64,000 bases of DNA from Eledone cirrhosa (Eukaryota), in NCBI GenBank assembly GCA_964016885.1, contig OZ024742.1, forward strand, positions 11,284,001-11,348,000, given 5' to 3'. The first letter of the stretch is position 1; every line of letters begins with the position of its first letter. Below the pieces are notes generated by a model. That model was not told the origin of the DNA and searched no databases. It worked only from the letters and a program-made list of their open reading frames with translations. Shown here piece after piece: positions 38,501 through 53,500 of the stretch. The position numbers and the translations under genes were made by a program.

Positions 38501-41500
38501 GCAGTGTGGTCACAGTGATGGTGATAAACAATAGAATGTAGAAAGATGACGATTGCAGTGTGGTCACAGTGATGGTGATAAACAAGTCTGTAGAAAGATG
38601 ACGATTGCAGTGTGGTCACAGTGATGGTGATAAACAACAGTCTGATGAAAGATGGCGATTGCAGTGTGGTCACAATGATGGTGATAAAAAACAGTCTGTA
38701 GAAATATGGCGATTGCAGTGTGGTCACAGTGATGGTGATAAACAAGTCTGTACAAAGATGGCGATTGCAGTGTGGTCACAGTGATGGTGATAAACAAGTA
38801 TGTAGAAAGATGACCTTTGCAGTGTGGTCACAGTGATGGTGATAAACAACAGTCTGTAGAAGGATGACGATTGCAGTGTGGTCACAGTGATGGTGATAAA
38901 CAACAGTCTGTAGAGAGATGGCGATTGCAGTGTGGTCACAGTGGTGGTGATAAACAAGTCTGTAGAAAGATGACGATTGCAGTGTGGTCACAGTGATAGT
39001 GATAAACAACATCTGTAGAAAAATGCCGATTGCAGTGTGGTCACAGTGATGGGGATAAACAAGTCTGTAGAAAGATGGCGATTGCAGTGTCGTCACAGTG
39101 ATTGTGATAAACAAGTCTATAGAAAGATGGCGATTGCAGTGTTTTCACAGTGATGGTGATAAACAACATTCTGTAGATAGATAACGATTGCAGTGTGGTC
39201 ACAGTGATGGTGATAAACAAGTCTGTAGAAAGATGGCGATTGCAGTGTGGTCTCAGTGATGGTGATAAACAACAGTCTGTAGAAGATGGCGATTGCAGTG
39301 TGGTCACAGTGATGGTGATAAACAACAGTCTGTAGAAAGATGAAGATTGCAGTGTGTTCACAGTAATGGTGATAAACAACAGTCTGTAGAAAGATGGCGA
39401 TTGCAGTGTGGTTACAGTGATGGTTATAAACAACAGTCTGTAGAAAGATGACGATTGCAGTGTGGTCACAGTGATGGTGATAAACAACAGTCTGTAGAAA
39501 GATGACTATTGCAGTGTGGTCACAGTGATGGTGATAAACAAGTCTGTAGAATGATGACTATTGCAGTGTGGTCACAGTGATGGTGATAAACAACAGAATG
39601 TAGAAAGATGACTATTGCAGTGTGGCCATAGTGATGGTGATAAACAAGTCTGTAGAAAGATGACGATTGCAGTGTGGTCACAGTGATGGTGATAAACAAA
39701 GTCTGTAGAAAGATGGCGATTGCAGTGTGGTCACAGTGATCGTGATAAACAACAGTCTGTAGAAAGATGATGATTGCAGTGTGATCATAGTGATGGTGAT
39801 AAACAACAGTCTGTAGAAAGATGGCGATTGCAGTGTGGTCACAGTGATGGTGATAAACAACAGTCTGTAGAAAGATGATGATTGCAGTGTGTTCATAGTG
39901 ATTGTGATAAACAACAGTCTGTAGAAAGATGGCGATTGCAGTGTAGTCACAATGATGGTGATAAACAACAGAATGTATAAAGATGACTATTGCAGTGTGG
40001 CCACAGTGATGGTGATAAACAACAGTCTGTAGAAAGATGACGATTGCAGTTTGGTCATAGTGATGGTGATTAACAACAGTCTGTAGAAAGATGACGATTG
40101 CAGTGTGGTCACAGTGATAGTGATAAACAAGTCTGTAGAAAGATGACTATTGCAGTGTGGTCACAGTGATGGTGATAAACAAGTCTGTAGAAAGATGACG
40201 ATTGCAGTGTGGTCACAGTGATGGTGATAAACAACAGTCTGTAGAAGGATGACGATTGCAGTGTGCTCACATTGATGGGGATAAACAACAGTCTGTAGAA
40301 AGATAACTATTGCTGTGTGGTCACAGTGATGGTGATAAACAAGTCTGTAGAAAGATGACTATTGCAGAGTGGTCACAGTGATGGTGATAAACAAGTCTGT
40401 AGAAAGGTGACGATTGCAGTGTGGTCACAGTGATGGGGATAAACAACAGTCTGTAGAAAGATGACGATTGCAGTGTGGTCACAGTGATGGTGATAAACAA
40501 CAGTCTGTAGAAAGCTGACTATTGCAGTGTCGTCACAGTGATGGTGATAAACAACAGTCTGTAGAAAGATGACTATTGCAGTGTGGTCACAGTGATGGTG
40601 ATAAACAACAGTCTGTAGAAAGATGACGATTGCAGTGTGGTCACAGTGATGGTGATAAACAAGTCTGTAGAAAGATGATGATTGCAGTGTGGTCACAGTG
40701 ATGGTGATAAACAACAGTCTGTAGAAAGATGACGATTGCTGTGTGGTCACAGTGATGGTGATAAACAACAGTCTGTAGAATGATGACGTTTGCAGTGTGG
40801 TCACAATGATGGTGATAAACAACAGTCTAACGAAAGATGACTATTGCAGTGTGGTCACAGTGATGTAGATAAACAAGTCTGTAGAAAGATGACTATTGCA
40901 GTTTGGTCACAGTGATGGTGATAAACAACAGAATGTAGAAAGATAACTATTGCTGTGTGGTCACAGTGATGGTGATAAACAAGTCTGTAGAAAGATGACG
41001 ATTGCAGTGTGGTCACATTGATGGTGATAAACAACAGTCTGTAGAAAGATGGCGATTGCAGTGTGGTCACAGTGATGGTGATAAATAACAGAATGTAGAA
41101 AGTTAACTATTGCTGTGTGGTCACAGTGATAGTGATAAACAAGTCTGTAGAAAGATGACTATTGCAGTGTTGTCATAGTGATGGTGATAAACAAGTCTGT
41201 AGAAAGATGACGATTGCAGTGTGGTCACAGTGATGGTGATAAACAACAGTCTGTAGAAAGATGACGATTGCTGTGTGGTCACAGTGATGGTGATAAACAA
41301 CAGTCTGTAGAATGATGACGTTTGCAGTGTGGTCACAGTGATGGTGATAAACAACAGTCTAACGAAAGATGACTATTGCAGTGTAGTCACAGTGATGGTG
41401 ATAAACAAGTCTGTAGAAAGATGACTATTGCAGTGTGGTCACAGTGATGGTGATAAACAACAGTCTGTAGAAAGATGACGATTGCAGTGTGGTCACAGTG

Positions 41501-44500
41501 ATGGTGATAAACAACAGTCTGTAGAAAGATGACTATTGCAGTGTGGTCACAGTGATGGTGATAAACAACAGTCTGATGAAAGATGGCGATTGCAGTTTGG
41601 TCACAATGATGGTGATAAACAACAGTCTGATGAAAGATGGCGATTGCAGTGTGGTCACAATGATGGTGATAAAAAACAGTCTGTAGAAAGATGGCGATTG
41701 CAGTGTGGTCACAGTGATGGTGATAAACAAGTCTGTAGAAAGATGACGATTGCAGTGTGGTCACAGTGATGGTGATAAACAAAGTCTGTAGAAAGATGGC
41801 GATTGCAGTGTGGTCACAGTGATGGTGATAAACAACAGTCTGTAGAAAGATGATGATTGCAGTGTGGTCATAGTGATGGTGATAAACAACAGTCTGTAGA
41901 AAGAGTGCGATTGCAGTGTGGTCACAGTGATGCTGATAAACAACAGTCTGTAGAAAGATGATGATTGCAGTGTGTTCATAGTGATGGTGATAAACAACAG
42001 TCTGTAGAAAGATGGCGATTGCAGTGTAGTCACAATGATGGTGATAAACAACAGAATGTATAAAGATGACTATTGCAGTGTGGCCACAGTTATGGTGATA
42101 AACAAGTCTGTAGAAAGATGGCGATTGCAGTGTGGTCACAGTGATGGTGATAAACAAGTCTGTAGAAAGATGACTATTGCAGTGTGGTCACAGTGATGGT
42201 GATAAACAAGTCTGTAGAAAGATGACGATTGCAGTGTGGTCACATTGATGGTGATAAACAACAGTCTGTAGAAAGATAACTATTGCTGTGTGGTCACAGT
42301 GATGGTGATAAACAAGTCTGTAGAAAGATGACTATTGCAGAGTGGTCACAGTGATGGTGATAAACAAGTCTGTAGAAAGGTGACGATTGCAGTGTGGTCA
42401 CAGTGATGGGGATAAACAACAGTCTGTAGAAAGATGACGATTGCAGTGTGGTCACAGTGATGGTGATAAACAACAGTCTGTAGAAAGATGACGATTGCAG
42501 TGTGGTCACAGTGATGGTGATAAACAATAGAATGTAGAAAGATGATGATTGCAGTGTGGTCACAGTGATGGTGATAAACAAGTCTGTAGAAAGATGACGA
42601 TTGCAGTTTGGTCATAGTGATGGTGATAAACAACAGTCTGTAGAAAGATGAAGATTGCAGTGTGGTCACAGAGATGGTGATAAACAAGTCTGTAGAAAGA
42701 TGACTATTGCAGTGTGGAAACAGTGATGGTGATAAACAAGTCTGTAGAAAGATGACGATTGCAGTGTGGTCACATTGATGGTGATAAACAACAGTCTGTA
42801 GAAAGATGGCGATTGCAGTGTGGTCACAGTGATGGTGATAAACAACAGAATGTAGAAAGATAACTATTGCTGTGTGGTCACAGTGATGGTGATAAACAAG
42901 TCTGTAGAAAGATGACTATTGCAGAGTGGTCACAGTGATGGTGATAAACAAGTCTGTAGAAAGGTGACGATTGCAGTGTGGTCACAGTGATGGGGATAAA
43001 CAACAGTCTGTAGAAAGATGACTATTGCAGTGTGGTCACAGTGATGGTGATAAACAACAGTCTGTAGAAAGATGACGATTGCAGTGTTGTCACAGTGATG
43101 GTGATAAACAACAGTCTGTAGAAAGACGACTATTGCAGTGTGGTCAAAGTGATGGTGATAACAACAGTCTGTAGAAAGATGGCGATTGCAGTGTGGTCAC
43201 AGTGATGGTGATAAACAACAGTCTGTAGAAAGCTGACTATTGCAGTGTCGTCACAGTGATGGTGATAAACAAAAGTCTGTAGAAAGATGACTATTGCAGT
43301 GTGGTCACATTGATGGTGATAAACAACAGTCTGTAGAAAGATGATGATTGCAGTGTGGTCACAGTGATGCTGATAAACAAGTCTGTAGAAAGATGACGAT
43401 TGCAGTGTGGTCACATTGATGGTGATAAACAACAGTCTGTAGAGAGATGGCGATTGCAGTGTGGTCACAGTGATGGTGATAAACAACAGAATGTAGAAAG
43501 ATGACTATTGCTGTGTGGTCACAGTGATGGTGATAAACAAGTCTGTAGAAAGATGACTATTGCAGTGTGGTTATAGTGATGGTGATAAACAAGTCTGTAG
43601 AAAGATGGCGATTGCAGTGTGGTCACAGTGATGGTGATAAACAACAGTCTGTAGAAAGATGGCGATTGCAGTGTGGTCACGGAGATGGTGATAAACAACA
43701 TTCTGTAGATAGATAACGATTGCAGTGTGGTCACAGTGATGGTGATAAACAAGTCTGTAGAAAGATGGCGATTGCAGTGTGGTCTCAGTGATGGTGATAA
43801 AGAAGTCTGTAGAAAGATGGTGATTGCAGTGTGATCTCAGTGATGGTGATAAACAACAGTCGGTAGAAGATCGCGATTGCAGTGTGGTCACAGTGATGGT
43901 GATAAACAACAGTCTGTAGAAAGATGACGATTGCAGTGTGGTCACAGTGATGGTGATAAACAACAGTCTGTAGAAAGATGGCGATTGCAGAGTGGTCACA
44001 GTGATGGTGATAAACAACAGTCTGTAGAAAGATGGCGATTGCAGTGTGGTCACAGTGATGGTGATAAACAACTCTGTAGAGAGATGACGATTGCAGTGTG
44101 GTCACAGAGATGGTGATAAACAACAGTCTGTAGAAAGATGACGATTGCAGTGTGGTCACAGTGATGGTGATAAACAACAGTCTGTAGAAAGCTGACTATT
44201 GCAGTGTGGTCACAGTTATGGTGATAAAAAACAGTCTGTAGAAAGATGACTATTGCAGTGTGGTCACAATGATGGTGATAAACAACAGTCTGTAGAAAGA
44301 TGACGATTGCAGTGTGGTCACAGTGATGGTGATAAACAAGTCTGTAGAAAGATGACTATTGCAGTGTGGTCACAGTGATGGTGATAAACAAGTCTGTAGA
44401 AAGATGACGATTGCAGTGTGGTCACATTGATGGTGATAAACAACAGTCTGTAGAAAGATAACTATTGCTGTGTGGTCACAGTGATGGTGATAAACAAGTC

Positions 44501-47500
44501 TGTAGAAAGATGACTATTGCAGAGTGGTCACAGTGATGGTGATAAACAAGTCTGTAGAAAGGTGACGATTGCAGTCTGGTCACAGTGATGGGGATAAACA
44601 ACAGTCTGTAGAAAGATGACTATTGCAGTGTGGTCACAGTGATGGTGATAAACAACAGTCTGTAGAAATATGACGATTGCAGTGTCGTCACAGTGATGGT
44701 GATAAACAACAGTCTGTAGAAAGATGACTATTGCAGTGTGGTCACAGTGATGGTGATAAACAACAGTCTGTAGAAAGATGATGATTGCAGTGTGGTCACA
44801 GTGATGGTGATAAACAAGTCTGTAGAAAGATGACGATTGCAGTGTGGTCACAGTGATGGTGATAAACAACAGTCTGTAGAAAGATGACGATTGCAGTGTC
44901 GTCACAGTGATGGTGATAAACAATAGAATGTAGAAAGATGACGATTGCAGTGTGGTCACAGTGATGGTGATAAACAAGTCTGTAGAAAGATGACGATTGC
45001 AGTGTGGTCACAGTGATGGTGATAAACAATAGAATGTAGAAAGATGACGATTGCAGTGTGGTCACAGTGATGGTGATAAACAAGTCTGTAGAAAGATGAC
45101 GATTGCAGTGTGGTCACAGTGATGGTGATAAACAAGTATGTAGAAAGATGACGATTGCAGTGTGGTCACAGTGATGGTGATAAACAAGTCTGTAGAAAGA
45201 TGACGATTGCAGTGTGGTCACAGTGATGGTGATAAACAACAGTCTGTAGAAAGATGGCGATTGCAGTGTGGTCACAGTGATGGGGATAAACAACAGTCTG
45301 TAGAAAGATGACGATTGCAGTGTGGTCACAGTGATGGTGATAAACAACAGTCTGTAGAAAGATGACGATTGCTGTGTGGTCACAGTGATAGTGATAAACA
45401 ACAGTCTTTAGAATGATGACGATTGCAGTGTGGTCACAGTGATGGTGATAAACAACAGTCTGTAGAAAGATGACGATTGCTGTGTGGTCACAGTGATGGT
45501 GATAAACAACAGTCTGTAGAATGATGACGATTGCAGTGTGGTCACAGTGATGGTGATAAACAACAGAATGTAGAAAGATAACTATTGCTGTGTGGTCACA
45601 GTGATGGTGATAAACAAGTCTGTAGAAAGATGACGATTGCAGTGTGGTCACAGTGATGGTGATAAACAACAGTCTGTAGAAAGATGACGATTGCTGTGTG
45701 GTCACAGTGATGGTGATAAACAACAGTCTGTAGAAAGATGACGATTGCTGTGTGGTCACAGTGATGGTGGTAAACAACAGTCTGTAGAAAGATGACGATT
45801 GCTGTGTGGTCACAGTGATGGTGATAAACAACAGTCTGTAGAAAGATGACTATTGCAGAGTGGTCACAGTGATGGTGATAAACAAGTCTGTAGAAAGGTG
45901 ACGATTGCAGTGTGGTCACAGTGATGGGGATAAACAACAGTCTGTAGAAAGATGACTATTGCAGTGTGGTCACAGTGATGGTGATAAACAACAGTCTGAT
46001 GAAAGATGGCGATTGCAGTGTGGTCACAATGATGGTGATAAAAAACAGTCTGTAGAAATATGGCGATTGCAGTGTGGTCACAGTGATGGTGATAAACAAG
46101 TCTGTACAAAGATGGCGATTGCAGTGTGGTCACAGTGATGGTGATAAACAAGTATGTAGAAAGATGACCTTTGCAGTGTGGTCACAGTGATGGTGATAAA
46201 CAACAGTCTGTAGAAGGATGACGATTGCAGTGTGGTCACAGTGATGGTGATAAACAACAGTCTGTAGAAAGATGGCGATTGCAGTGTGGTTACAGTGATG
46301 GTGATAAACAACAGTCTGTAGAAAGATGACGATTGCAGTGTGGTCACAGTGATGGTGATAAACAACAGTCTGTAGAAAGATGACTATTGCAGTGTGGTCA
46401 CAGTGATGGTGATAAACAAGTCTGTAGAAAGATGACGATTGCAGTGTGGTCACAGCGATGGTGATAAACAAAGTCTGTAGAAAGATGGCGATTGCAGTGT
46501 GGTCACAGTGATCGTGATAAACAACAGTCTGTAGAAAGATGATGATTGCAGTGTGGTCATAGTGATGGTGATAAACAACAGTCTGTAGAAAGATGGCGAT
46601 TGCAGTGTGATCACATTGATGGTGATAAACAACAGTCTGTAGAAAGATGACTATTGCAGTGTGGTCACAGTGATGGTGATAAACAACAGTCTGTAGAAAG
46701 ATGACGATTGCAGTTTGGTCATAGTGATGGTGATTAACAACAGTCTGTAGAAAGATGACGATTGCAGTGTGGTCACAGTGATGGTGATAAACAAGTCTGT
46801 AGACAGATGACTATTGCAGTGTGGTCACAGTGATGGTGATAAACAAGTCTGTAGAAAGATGACGATTGCAGTGTGGTCACAGTGATGGTGATAAACAACA
46901 GTCTGTAGAAAGATGACGATTGCTGTGTGGTCACAGTGATGGTGGTAAACAACAGTCTGTAGAAAGATGACTATTGCTGTGTGGTCACAGTGATGGTGAT
47001 AAACAAGTCTGTAGAAAGGTGACGATTGCAGTGTGGTCACAGTGATGGTGATAAACAAAGTCTCTAGAAAGATGGCGATTGCAGTGTGGTCACAGTGATC
47101 GTGATAAACAACAGTCTGTAGAAAGATGATAATTGCAGTGTGGTCATAGTGATGGTGATAAACAACAGTCTGTAGAAAGATGACGATTGCAGTGTGGTCA
47201 CAGTGATGGTGATAAACAACAGTCTGTAGAAAGATGACTATTGCAGTGTGGTCACAGTGATGGTGATAAACAAGTCTGTAGAATGATGACTATTGCAGTG
47301 TGGTCACAGTGATGGTGATAAACAACAGAATGTAGAAAGATGACTATTGCAGTGTGGTCACAGTGATGGTGATAAACAAGTCTGTAGAAAGATGGCGATT
47401 GCAGTGTGGTCACAGTGATCGTGATAAACAACAGTCTGTAGAAGGATGATGATTGCAGTGTGGTCATAGTGATGGTGATAAACAACAGTCTGTAGAAAGA

Positions 47501-50500
47501 TGGCGATTGCAGTGTAGTCACAATGATGGTGATAAACAACAGAATGTATAAAGATGACTATTGCAGTGTGGCCACAGTTATGGTGATAAACAAGTCTGTA
47601 GAAAGATGGCAATTGCAGTGTGGTCACAGTGATGGTGATAAACAATAGAATGTAGAAAGATAACTATTGCTGTGTGGTCACAGTGATGGTGATAAACAAG
47701 TCTGTAGAAAGATGACTATTGCAGAGTGGTCACAGTGATGGTGATAAACAAGTCTGTAGAAAGATGACGATTGCAGTGTGGTCACATTGATGGTGATAAA
47801 CAACAGTCTGTAGAAAGATAACTATTGCTGTGTGGTCACAGTGATGGTGATAAACAAGTCTGTAGAAAGATGACTATTGCAGAGTGGTCACAGTGATGGT
47901 GATAAACAATAGAATGTAGAAAGATGACGATTGCAGTGTGGTCACAGTGATGGTGATAAACAATAGAATGTAGAAAGATGACGATTGCAGAGTGGTCACA
48001 GTGATGGTGATAAACAAGTCTGTAGAAAGATGACGATTGCAGTGTGGTCACAGTGATGGTGATAAACAATAGAATGTAGAAAGATGACGATTGCAGAGTG
48101 GTCACAGTGATGGTGATAAACAAGTCTGTAGAAAGATGACGATTGCAGTGTGGTCACAGTGATGGTGATAAACAATAGAATGTAGAAAGATGACGATCGC
48201 AGTGTGGTCACAGTGATGGTGATAAACAAGTCTGTAGAAAGATGACGATTGCAGTGTGGTCACATTGATGGTGATAAACAACAGTCTGTAGAAAGATGAT
48301 GATTGCAGTGTGGTCACAGTGATGCTGATAAACAAGTCTGTAGAAAGATGACGATTGCAGTGTGGTCACATTGATGGTGATAAACAACAGTCTGTAGAGA
48401 GATGGCGATTGCAGTGTGGTCACAGTGATGGTGATAAACAACAGAATGTAGAAAGATAACTATTGCTGTGTGGTCACAGTGATGGTGATAAACAAGTCTG
48501 TAGAAAGATGACTATTGCAGTGTGGTTATAGTGATGGTGATAAACAAGTCTGTAGAAAGATGGCGATTGCAGTGTGGTCACAGTGATAGTGATAAACAAC
48601 AGTCTGTAGAAAGATGGCGATTGCAGTGTGGTCACGGAGATGGTGATAAACAACATTCTGTAGATAGATAACGATTGCAGTGTGGTCACAGTGATGGTGA
48701 TAAACAAGTCTGTAGAAAGATGGCGATTGCAGTGTGGTCTCAGTGATGGTGATAAAGAAGTCTGTAGAAAGATGGTGATTGCAGTGTGATCTCAGTGATG
48801 GTGATAAACAACAGTCGGTAGAAGATCGCGATTGCAGTGTGGTTACAGTGATGGTGATAAACAACAGTCTGTAGAAAGATGACGATTGCAGTGTGGTCAC
48901 AGTGATGGTGATAAACAACAGTCTGTAGAAAGATGGCGATTGCAGAGTGGTCACAGTGATGGTGATAAACAACAGTCTGTAGAAAGATGGCGATTGCAGT
49001 GTGGTCACAGTGATGGTGATAAACAACTCTGTAGAAAGATGACGATTGCAGTGTGGTCACAGAGATGGTGATAAACAACAGTCTGTAGAAAGATGACGAT
49101 TGCAGTGTGGTCACAGTGATGGTGATAAACAACAGTCTGTAGAAAGCTGACTATTGCAGTGTGGTCACAGTGATGGTGATAAAAAACAGTCTGTAGAAAG
49201 ATGACTATTGCAGTGTGGTCACAGTGATGGTGATAAACAACAGTCTGTAGAAAGATGACGATTGCAGTGTGGTCACAGTGATGGTGATAAACAAGTCTGT
49301 AGAAAGATGACTATTGCAGTGTGGTCACAGTGATGGTGATAAACAAGTCTGTAGAAAGATGACGATTGCAGTGTGGTCACATTGATGGTGATAAACAACA
49401 GTCTGTAGAAAGATAACTATTGCTGTGTGGTCACAGTGATGGTGATAAACAAGTCTGTAGAAAGATGACTATTGCAGAGTGGTCACAGTGATGGTGATAA
49501 ACAAGTCTGTAGAAAGTGACTATTGCAGTGTGGTCACAGTGATGGTGATAAACAACAGTCTGTAGAAATATGACGATTGCAGTGTCGTGACAGTGATGGT
49601 GATAAACAACAGTCTGTAGAAAGATGACTATTGCAGTGTGGTCACAGTGATGGTGATAAACAACAGTCTGTAGAAAGATGATGATTGCAGTGTGGTCACA
49701 GTGATGGTGATAAACAAGTCTGTAGAAAGATGACGATTGCAGTGTGGTCACAGTGATGGTGATAAACAACAGTCTGATGAAAGATGGCGATTGCAGTGTG
49801 GTCACAATGATGGTGATAAAAAACAGTCTGTAGAAATATGGCGATTGCAGTGTGGTCACAGTGATGGTGATAAACAAGTCTGTAGAAAGATGACGATTGC
49901 AGTGTGGTCACAGTGATGGTGATAAACAAGTCTGTAGAAAGATGACGATTGCAGTGTGGTCACAGTGATGGTGATAAACAACAGTCTGTAGAAGGATGAC
50001 GATTGCAGTGTGGTCACATTGATGGTGATAAACAACAGTCTGTAGAAAGATAACTATTGCTGTGTGGTCACAGTGATGGTGATAAACAAGTCTGTAGAAA
50101 GATGACTATTGCAGAGTGGTCACAGTGATGGTGATAAACAAGTCTGTAGAAAGGTGACGATTGCAGTGTGGTCACAGTGATGGGGATAAACAACAGTCTG
50201 TAGAAAGATGACGATTGCAGTGTGGTCACAGTGATGGTGATAAACAACAGTCTGTATAAAGCTGACTATTGCAGTGTCGTCACAGTGATGGTGATAAACA
50301 ACAGTCTGTAGAAAGATGACTATTGCAGTGTGGTCACAGTGATGGTGATAAACAACAGTCTGTAGAAAGATGACGATTGCAGTGTGGTCACAGTGATGGT
50401 GATAAACAAGTCTGTAGAAAGATGATGATTGCAGTGTGGTCACAGTGATGGTGATAAACAACAGTCTGTAGAAAGATGACGATTGCTGTGTGGTCACAGA

Positions 50501-53500
50501 GATGGTGATAAACAACAGTCTGTAGAATGATGACGTTTGCAGTGTGGTCACAGTGATGGTGATAAACAACAGTCTAACGAAAGATGACTATTGCAGTGTA
50601 GTCACAGTGATGGTGATAAACAAGTCTGTAGAAAGATGACTATTGCAGTGTGGTCACAGTGATGGTGATAAACAACAGTCTGTAGAAAGATGACGATTGC
50701 AGTGTGGTCGCAGTGATGGTGATAAACAACAGTCTGTAGAAAGATGACTATTGCAGTGTGGTCACAGTGATGGTGATAAAAAACAGTCTGTAGAAAGATG
50801 GCGATTGCAGTGTGGTCACAGTGATGGTGATAAACAAGTCTGTAGAAAGATGACGATTGCAGTGTGGTCACAGTGATGGTGATAAACAAAGTCTGTAGAA
50901 AGATGGCGATTGCAGTGTGGTCACAGTGATGATGATAAACAACAGTCTGTAGAAAGATGACTATTGCAGTGTGGTCACAGTGATGGTGATAAACAACAGT
51001 CTGTAGAAAGATGACTATTGCAGTGTGGTCACAGTGATGGTGATAAACAAAGTCTGTAGAAAGATGACGATTGCAGTGTGGTCACAGTGATGGTGATAAA
51101 CAACAGTCTGTAGAAAGATGACTATTGCAGTGTGGTCACAGTGATGGTGATAAACAAAGTCTGTAGAAAGATGACTATTGCAGTGTGGTCACAGTGATGG
51201 TGATAAACAACAGTCTGTAGAAAGATGACTATTGCAGTGTGGTCACAGTGATGGTGATAAACAAAGTCTGTAGAAAGATGACGATTGCAGTGTGGTCACA
51301 GTGATCGTGATAAACAACAGTCTGTAGAAAGATGATGATTGCAGTGTGGTCATAGTGATGGTGATAAACAACAGTCTGTAGAAAGAGTGCGATTGCAGTG
51401 TGGTCACAGTGATGCTGATAAACAACAGTCTGTAGAAAGATTATGATTGCAGTGTGTTCATAGTGATGGTGATAAACAACAGTCTGTAGAAAGATGGCGA
51501 TTGCAGTGTAGTCACAATGATGGTGATAAACAACAGAATGTATAAAGATGACTATTGCAGTGTGGCCACAGTTATGGTGATAAACAAGTCTGTAGAAAGA
51601 TGGCGATTGCAGTGTGGTCACAGTGATGGTGATAAACAAGTCTGTAGAAAGATGACTATTGCAGTGTGGTCACAGTGATGGTGATAAACAAGTCTGTAGA
51701 AAGATGACGATTGCAGTGTGGTCACATTGATGGTGATAAACAACAGTCTGTAGAAAGATAACTATTGCTGTGTGGTCACAGTGATGGTGATAAACAAGTC
51801 TGTAGAAAGATGACTGTTGCAGAGTGGTCACAGTGATGGTGATAAACAAGTCTGTAGAAAGGTGACGATTGCAGTGTGGTCACAGTGATGGGGATAAACA
51901 ACAGTCTGTAGAAAGATGACGATTGCAGTGTGGTCACAGTGATGGTGATAAACAACAGTCTGTAGAAAGATGACGATTGCAGTGTGGTCACAGTGATGGT
52001 GATAAACAATAGAATGTAGAAAGATGATGATTGCAGTGTGGTCACAGTGATGGTGATAAACAAGTCTGTAGAAAGATGACGATTGCAGTTTGGTCATAGT
52101 GATGGTGATAAACAACAGTCTGTAGAAAGATGAAGATTGCAGTGTGGTCACAGAGATGGTGATAAACAAGTCTGTAGAAAGGTGACTATTGCAGTGTGGA
52201 AACAGTGATGGTGATAAACAAGTCTGTAGAAAGATGACGATTGCAGTGTCGTCACAGTGATGGTGATAAACAAAAGTCTGTAGAAAGATGACTATTGCAG
52301 TGTGGTCACATTGATGGTGATAAACAACAGTCTGTAGAAAGATGATGATTGCAGTGTGGTCACAGTGATGCTGATAAACAAGTCTGTAGAAAGATGACGA
52401 TTGCGGTGTGGTCACATTGATGGTGATAAACAACAGTCTGTAGAGAGATGGCGATTGCAGTGTGGTCACAGTGATGGTGATAAACAACAGAATGTAGAAA
52501 GATAACTATTGCTGTGTGGTCACAGTGATGGTGATAAACAAGTCTGTAGAAAGATGACTATTGCAGTGTGGTTATAGTGATGGTGATAAACAAGTCTGTA
52601 GAAAGATGGCGATTGCAGTGTGGTCACAGTGATGGTGATAAACAACAGTCTGTAGAAAGATGGCGATTGCAGTGTGGTCACGGAGATGGTGATAAACAAC
52701 ATTCTGTAGATAGATAACGATTGCAGTGTGGTCACAGTGATGGTGATAAACAAGTCTGTAGAAAGATGGCGATTGCAGTGTGGTCTCAGTGATGGTGATA
52801 AAGAAGTCTGTAGAAAGATGGTGATTGCAGTGTGATCTCAGTGATGGTGATAAACAACAGTCGGTAGAAGATCGCGATTGCAGTGTGGTTACAGTGATGG
52901 TGATAAACAACAGTCTGTAGAAAGATGACGATTGCAGTGTGGTCACAGTGATGGTGATAAACAACAGTCTGTAGAAAGATGGCGATTGCAGAGTGGTCAC
53001 AGTGATGGTGATAAACAACAGTCTGTAGAAAGATGGCGATTGCAGTGTGGTCACAGTGATGGTGATAAACAACTCTGTAGAAAGATGACGATTGCAGTGT
53101 GGTCACAGAGATGGTGATAAACAACAGTCTGTAGAAAGATGACGATTGCAGTGTGGTCACAGTGATGGTGATAAACAACAGTCTGTAGAAAGCTGACTAT
53201 TGCAGTGTGGTCACAGTGATGGTGATAAAAAACAGTCTGTAGAAAGATGACTATTGCAGTGTGGTCACAGTGATGGTGATAAACAACAGTCTGTAGAAAG
53301 ATGACGATTGCAGTGTGGTCACAGTGATGGTGATAAACAAGTCTGTAGAAAGATGACTATTGCAGTGTGGTCACAGTGATGGTGATAAACAAGTCTGTAG
53401 AAAGATGACGATTGCAGTGTGGTCACATTGATGGTGATAAACAACAGTCTGTAGAAAGATAACTATTGCTGTGTGGTCACAGTGATGGTGATAAACAAGT

